Source: Burkholderiaceae bacterium
Lineage (GTDB): Bacteria; Pseudomonadota; Gammaproteobacteria; Burkholderiales; Burkholderiaceae_C
Direction of reading: 5' to 3'
Length of the DNA stretch: 64,000 bases
Assembly (NCBI GenBank): GCA_046155225.1
Contig: JBJXED010000039.1
Span: 3,742-67,741 of the forward strand
The translations under genes and the position numbers were made by a program. Under the pieces are notes generated by a model. That model saw nothing but the letters and a program-made list of their open reading frames with translations, was not told the origin of the DNA and did no database searches. Within the stretch, counting starts at the first letter, position 1. Each line of letters opens with the position of its first letter. Below are positions 60,288 through 64,000 of the stretch, in pieces.

Positions 60288-61787
60288 TCAGCAGCCCGAC
60301 AACACCAGTCGCCAGCTGGTCTTTTGCCATGCCTGCACCTCCTGCCGCAGCAAATGTGCCGATTGCGGAAATAATTCGGCCCAGCCGGTACGGCAGGTCA
60401 AATTGATTTCGTGGGTGTTGTTGGACTCAGAGCGCAAGTTGATGCCGGTCAAATCAGGCTCGCGCCGGGCATGGCAAAAAATCACCGCCAGGCGCAAGGC
60501 CATGAGTTGGTGGACAAACACCTCGTCGTCGAAATCCACCTCAAGCTTGCGCAGCTTGCCGCGGTGGCCCAGCACCAGTTGGCTCAGCCGGTGCAACTCG
60601 GGCAGGGCAAAGCCGGGAACGTCGGCGTGCTCCAAGATGTAAGCACCGTGCTTGTGGTAGTCACTGTGCGAGACATGAGTGCCGATTTCGTGCAGCCGGG
60701 CAGCCCATTCGAGCTTGCGCTGATACTGCGGCAACTCGGCTGCAGCCCCAGGTGGCTGAATTTGGGAAAACAACTGGTTGGCGACCGAGCCCACACGCGT
60801 GGCATGCTTGGTGTCTACGTCAAACTTGCGTGCCAGGCGCTCCACACTGGCCGAGCGGTGGTCGGTTTGGTCTTGTTCGCGGTCAAGCAGGTCGTACAGC
60901 ACGCCATGGCGCAGCGCGCCTTCGGCCGCATGCATTTGCTCAATTTCGAGCAAGTCAAAAATGGCGCGCAGCACACTCACGCCGCCGCCCAGGACAGCGC
61001 GCCGGTCGTCGCGCAGGGCGTCCAGCCGCACACGGTCGGCGCTTTGCGCTTTGATGAGCTTGTCGAGCAGCCAATCCAGCCCCTCGCGGTTGACCAAGCC
61101 CGCTGGCCAGCCTGCGGCCGTGAGCACATCGCACACTGCACCCACCGTGCCCGAGGAGCCGTAGGCCACCTCCCAGGCACTTCGGCGGTACGCGTCCAAG
61201 GCTTCGTCCAGCACCGCTTTGGCGGCCACTTCGGCAATTTGAAAGGCGCTAGGCGTGAAGATGCCGTCGGCGAAATACTTCATCGACCACGCCACGCTGC
61301 CGACCCGGTAGGACTCGGTCACGTGAGGCTGCAAACCGGTACCCAGAATCAGCTCGGTTGAACGCCCGCCGATATCCACCACCAGCCGGCGCTCGGCGGA
61401 TTGCGGCAAAAAACGCGCTACGCCTTGGTAGATCAGGCGGGCTTCTTCACGGCCCGAGATGATATCGATTGGAAAACCCAGGGCGTGGTGGGCGCCGACC
61501 AAAAATTCGTCCCGGTTGCGCGCCTCGCGCAGGGTTTGCGTCGCTACTGCGCGAATTTGCTGGGGGTCAAAGCCGCTGAGGCGTTCGCCAAAACGCGCTA
61601 AGCAGTCCCAGCCTCGCTGCATGGCCAGGGGCGTTAAATTGCGCTCGCTGTCCAGCCCATTGCCCTGGCGCACGGTTTCCTTCAAATACTCTGTTCGGTG
61701 AATTTGCCCGTACTCCAGGCGGCCAATTTCAAGGCGAAAGCTGTTCGAGCCTAAATCGACAGCCGCTAGGCGCGTTCCGTTTTGCAT
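60288..61787 (-). CDS. ppx: Exopolyphosphatase (Ppx/GppA family)
   Basis: From the internal ATG: LAAVDLGSNSFRLEI, DIGGRSTE, and an HD-like C-terminal region. Confidence 0.9.
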   Translation of the reverse strand: MQNGTRLAAVDLGSNSFRLEIGRLEYGQIHRTEYLKETVRQGNGLDSERNLTPLAMQRGWDCLARFGERLSGFDPQQIRAVATQTLREARNRDEFLVGAHHALGFPIDIISGREEARLIYQGVARFLPQSAERRLVVDIGGRSTELILGTGLQPHVTESYRVGSVAWSMKYFADGIFTPSAFQIAEVAAKAVLDEALDAYRRSAWEVAYGSSGTVGAVCDVLTAAGWPAGLVNREGLDWLLDKLIKAQSADRVRLDALRDDRRAVLGGGVSVLRAIFDLLEIEQMHAAEGALRHGVLYDLLDREQDQTDHRSASVERLARKFDVDTKHATRVGSVANQLFSQIQPPGAAAELPQYQRKLEWAARLHEIGTHVSHSDYHKHGAYILEHADVPGFALPELHRLSQLVLGHRGKLRKLEVDFDDEVFVHQLMALRLAVIFCHARREPDLTGINLRSESNNTHEINLTCRTGWAELFPQSAHLLRQEVQAWQKTSWRLVLSGC

Positions 61788-61986
61788 GGGATGTTCAATG
61801 GTGGTGCTGGAATCAGCATAGCACTCAGGCAGGAAGCGCATCAGATATGCAGGCCTTGAAAAAACAAAGGACAAAGGGCTTGGCGAGAGATGCTAGTGAT
61901 AGCTCAAATGCGCTGCGGCCCCCACTACAAAAAGCAGGGGCCGCAGCAAAAAATTCAGCGCGGTGGGCCTGTCAGCCCATGAGGCC

Positions 61987-62472
61987 TTATTTCCTGGGTT
62001 TTGGCGGCATCAAAACAGAATCAATGACATGAATTACACCGTTGGTGGCGACGATGTCGGCTTTGGTCACCAGACCGTCCTCAATCGTCACAAAATCACC
62101 GGCTTTGGAGAGTTCAACATCGGCACCATGCACTGATTTCACCTTGCCGTTTTTGACGGCCGCGGCCATCACGCTGGCTGGCACCACATGGAACTTGAGC
62201 ACCGAAGCCAGCATGGCAGGGTCTTTGCCCAGTGCATCCATGGTCTTGGCATCGACTTTGGCAAATGCTTCATTAGACGGTGCGAAAACTGTGAATGGGC
62301 CCGTACCTTTGAGCGTATCGGTCAGGCCAGCTTTGCCAACCAAAGTGTTCAAAGTGCTCAAATTGGGGGTGGCTGCAATGGTTTCTGCCACGGTGACGGT
62401 GGTGGGGCCAGAAGCGCAACCGGCCATAACAGCGGCAGCCGCTACGGCCAACAAGAATTTACGTTTGATCAT
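61987..62472 (-). CDS. Fasciclin (FAS1) domain lipoprotein
   Basis: Lipobox LLAVAAAAVMAGC, then TVFAPSNEAF ... VLKFHVV ... NGVIHVIDSVLMP. Confidence 0.82.
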   Translation of the reverse strand: MIKRKFLLAVAAAAVMAGCASGPTTVTVAETIAATPNLSTLNTLVGKAGLTDTLKGTGPFTVFAPSNEAFAKVDAKTMDALGKDPAMLASVLKFHVVPASVMAAAVKNGKVKSVHGADVELSKAGDFVTIEDGLVTKADIVATNGVIHVIDSVLMPPKPRK

Positions 62473-62519
62473 GGTCTAAATCTCCTAGGTTAAAGACCAC
62501 AGAAGGTTAAGTTTAATTT

Positions 62520-62537
62520 ATGACCGAACCATGACAT
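62520..62537 (-). promoter_or_regulatory. Candidate Pho box for the fasciclin gene
   Basis: The minus strand reads ATGTCAT-ggtt-CGGTCAT (7+4+7), 48 nt upstream of the ATG. Confidence 0.4.
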
Positions 62538-62601
62538 TCGCGGCCAAAACATCGAGTTGCCGTACGTAAGACCATGAATTACAACAGGTTTTGGTTTTTA
62601 A

Positions 62602-62641
62602 ATGTCACGTTATCGTCATATATGACGCTTACAGTGCAATC
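62602..62641 (+). promoter_or_regulatory. Pho box(es) upstream of pstS
   Basis: ATGTCAC-gtta-TCGTCAT-atat-GACGCTT-acag-TGCAATC on an 11-bp period, ending 31 nt before the pstS start. Confidence 0.6.
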
Positions 62642-62671
62642 GTTTATTCAATCACTTACGAGGTACCTTAG

Positions 62672-63700
62672 ATGAAACTGAACGTGAAATTTGCTGCTTT
62701 GGGTTTGGCTGTGTTTGCTGTGACTGCGACAGCGCAAGAGGTGACCGGTGCCGGTGCTAGCTTTCCTGCACCGCTGTACTCCAAATGGGCTTCTGATTAC
62801 AACAAGGCCACCGGTGTGCGGGTGAATTACCAATCCGTCGGCTCTGGAGCCGGTATTACCCAGATCACCAACAAAACAGTCGATTTCGGCGCTTCTGATG
62901 CACCCTTGAAAGACGATGATCTGGCAAAGCGCGGCCTTATTCAGTTCCCAACAGTTATCGGGGGCGTTGTGCCAGTTATCAATGTTCGCGGGATTGCACC
63001 GGGCCAAATGAAGTTGACGGGCCAGGTCTTGGGCGATATTTACCTGGGCAAGATTACCCGCTGGACCGATCCTGCCATCAAGGCTTTGAACCCTACACTG
63101 CCCTTGCCTGATGCGGCGATTTCTCCCGTTCGCCGCGCTGACGGTTCGGGCACCACGTTCATCTTCACCAACTACCTGAGCAAGGTCAATGCCGAATGGA
63201 AAACACGTGCTGGCGAAGGCACGGCGATCAATTGGCCAGTAGGCGCAGGCGGTAAAGGCAACGAGGGTGTGGCGGCATTCGTTAGCCGTTTGCCCAACTC
63301 AATTGGCTATTTGGAGTATGCGTACGTCAAACAAAATAAACTGACATATACACAACTTCAAAATCTGGCCGGCGTTTATGTATCACCCGATGACCTGACA
63401 TTCAAAGCCGCAGCCGCAGGTGCCGAGTGGACCAAAAGCTTCTACCAAATTCTGACGAATCAGCCTGGTAATGAGTCTTGGCCCATCACTGGCGCTACTT
63501 TCATCATGATGCACAAGGTTCAAACCAAGCCCGAACAAGCAACTCAGGCTTTGAAATTCTTTGACTGGGCCTATAAAAACGGCGATGCAACCGCTGGTTC
63601 GCTCGAGTATGTGCCCATGCCTGCCGTCGTCAAAACGGTTATTGAAAAAGCTTGGGGTGAGATTAAAGACGCGTCCGGTAAACCAGTTGCTCTTAAATAA
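62672..63700 (+). CDS. pstS: Phosphate ABC transporter substrate-binding protein
   Basis: Signal peptide, then VTGAGASFPAPLYSKWA ... SGAG ... RADGSGTTFIFTNYL. Confidence 0.95.
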   Translation: MKLNVKFAALGLAVFAVTATAQEVTGAGASFPAPLYSKWASDYNKATGVRVNYQSVGSGAGITQITNKTVDFGASDAPLKDDDLAKRGLIQFPTVIGGVVPVINVRGIAPGQMKLTGQVLGDIYLGKITRWTDPAIKALNPTLPLPDAAISPVRRADGSGTTFIFTNYLSKVNAEWKTRAGEGTAINWPVGAGGKGNEGVAAFVSRLPNSIGYLEYAYVKQNKLTYTQLQNLAGVYVSPDDLTFKAAAAGAEWTKSFYQILTNQPGNESWPITGATFIMMHKVQTKPEQATQALKFFDWAYKNGDATAGSLEYVPMPAVVKTVIEKAWGEIKDASGKPVALK

Positions 63701-63794
63701 CTAGCCAGCTGTTTCCTAGTTCCTGGAAATCCAAAATAGGCAATGCCGTCAGAGCAATCTGGCGGTATTGTCGGTTTATAAAAGGCTAATAAAA

Positions 63795-64000
63795 GTGTCC
63801 AGCACCTTACCTGCAAGCAAATCACCTCTGCCCAAAGTGAACAAGACTCGCGCACGGGTTGCATCCAGTCCACCGCCCGATGCACGCAGTTCAGGCCAAA
63901 CGGCTGACATCGTGTTCGGTTTTTTGGCAAAGTCAGCGGCAGTTTTGACCATGGCTTTGCTGGTAGCCATTTTGATTTCGCTGGTCATTGGCGCTTGGCC
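63795..64000 (+). CDS. pstC: Phosphate ABC transporter permease PstC, N-terminal part (runs off the window)
   Basis: The frame is open from GTG 63795 to the window end. It reads ...ADIVFGFLAKSAAVLTMALLVAILISLVIGAW, the first TM of PstC-like permeases. Not in the ORF track because no stop is reached. The start is uncertain. Confidence 0.65.
   Translation, partial: MSSTLPASKSPLPKVNKTRARVASSPPPDARSSGQTADIVFGFLAKSAAVLTMALLVAILISLVIGAW

Noticed and set aside
61922-61957. Strong hairpin GCTGCGGCCCC…GGGGCCGCAGC as a terminator for the fasciclin gene
   Set aside because: In the minus-strand transcript the U-run precedes rather than follows the stem. It may still act as a terminator or RNA-stability element, but the canonical architecture is missing.
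63700-63750. TAGCCAGC…CAAAATAGG between pstS and pstC as another repeat copy
   Set aside because: The 3' block is in the opposite orientation relative to the core compared with genuine copies. It is likely coincidental.

Overview
High-GC betaproteobacterial chromosome segment; gene content and order look Burkholderiales/Comamonadaceae-like (inference from synteny, no search run). It is mostly conserved housekeeping DNA. In order: lon 3' end; tRNA-Gly, tRNA-Cys and tRNA-Leu; murI, class I fumarase, nhaA and acs; xthA, folA-thyA and a DEAD-box helicase. Then comes the classical block rpsB-tsf-pyrH-frr-uppS-cdsA-dxr-rseP-bamA-skp-lpxD-fabZ-lpxA-lpxB-rnhB, followed by carAB-greA and yhbY/rlmE-ftsH-folP-glmM. 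Accessory parts are: (1) a decayed integron just 3' of acs, with a frameshifted intI stub, an attI-type core, one well-formed cassette with attC, and a second cassette-like ORF; (2) an arsR-arsC-aqpS-arsH operon with no ArsB/Acr3 pump; (3) a phosphate-starvation neighbourhood, phoX-olsB-plcP-agt, ppk1-sixA, ppx and pstS-pstC, with 11-bp-periodic Pho-box repeats; (4) an AT-rich 65-80 bp repeat family with at least 7 copies, three of them read through in frame inside conserved genes (murI, a TrmH-family methyltransferase, a DUF4149 protein). I found no CRISPR array, IS or transposase, intact recombinase, prophage, or recognisable defence or toxin-antitoxin module, and I cannot point to a convincing new multi-gene system. 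The best leads are the integron remnant and its unknown cassette ORF, the intragenic repeats, a truncated MreB-like half-actin-fold gene coupled to greA, and a Lys/Ala-rich protein with a possible RHH fold between ppk1 and ppx. CDS coordinates follow the supplied ORF track, with starts re-chosen by hand. Small non-coding features were counted by hand and may be off by 1-2 nt.
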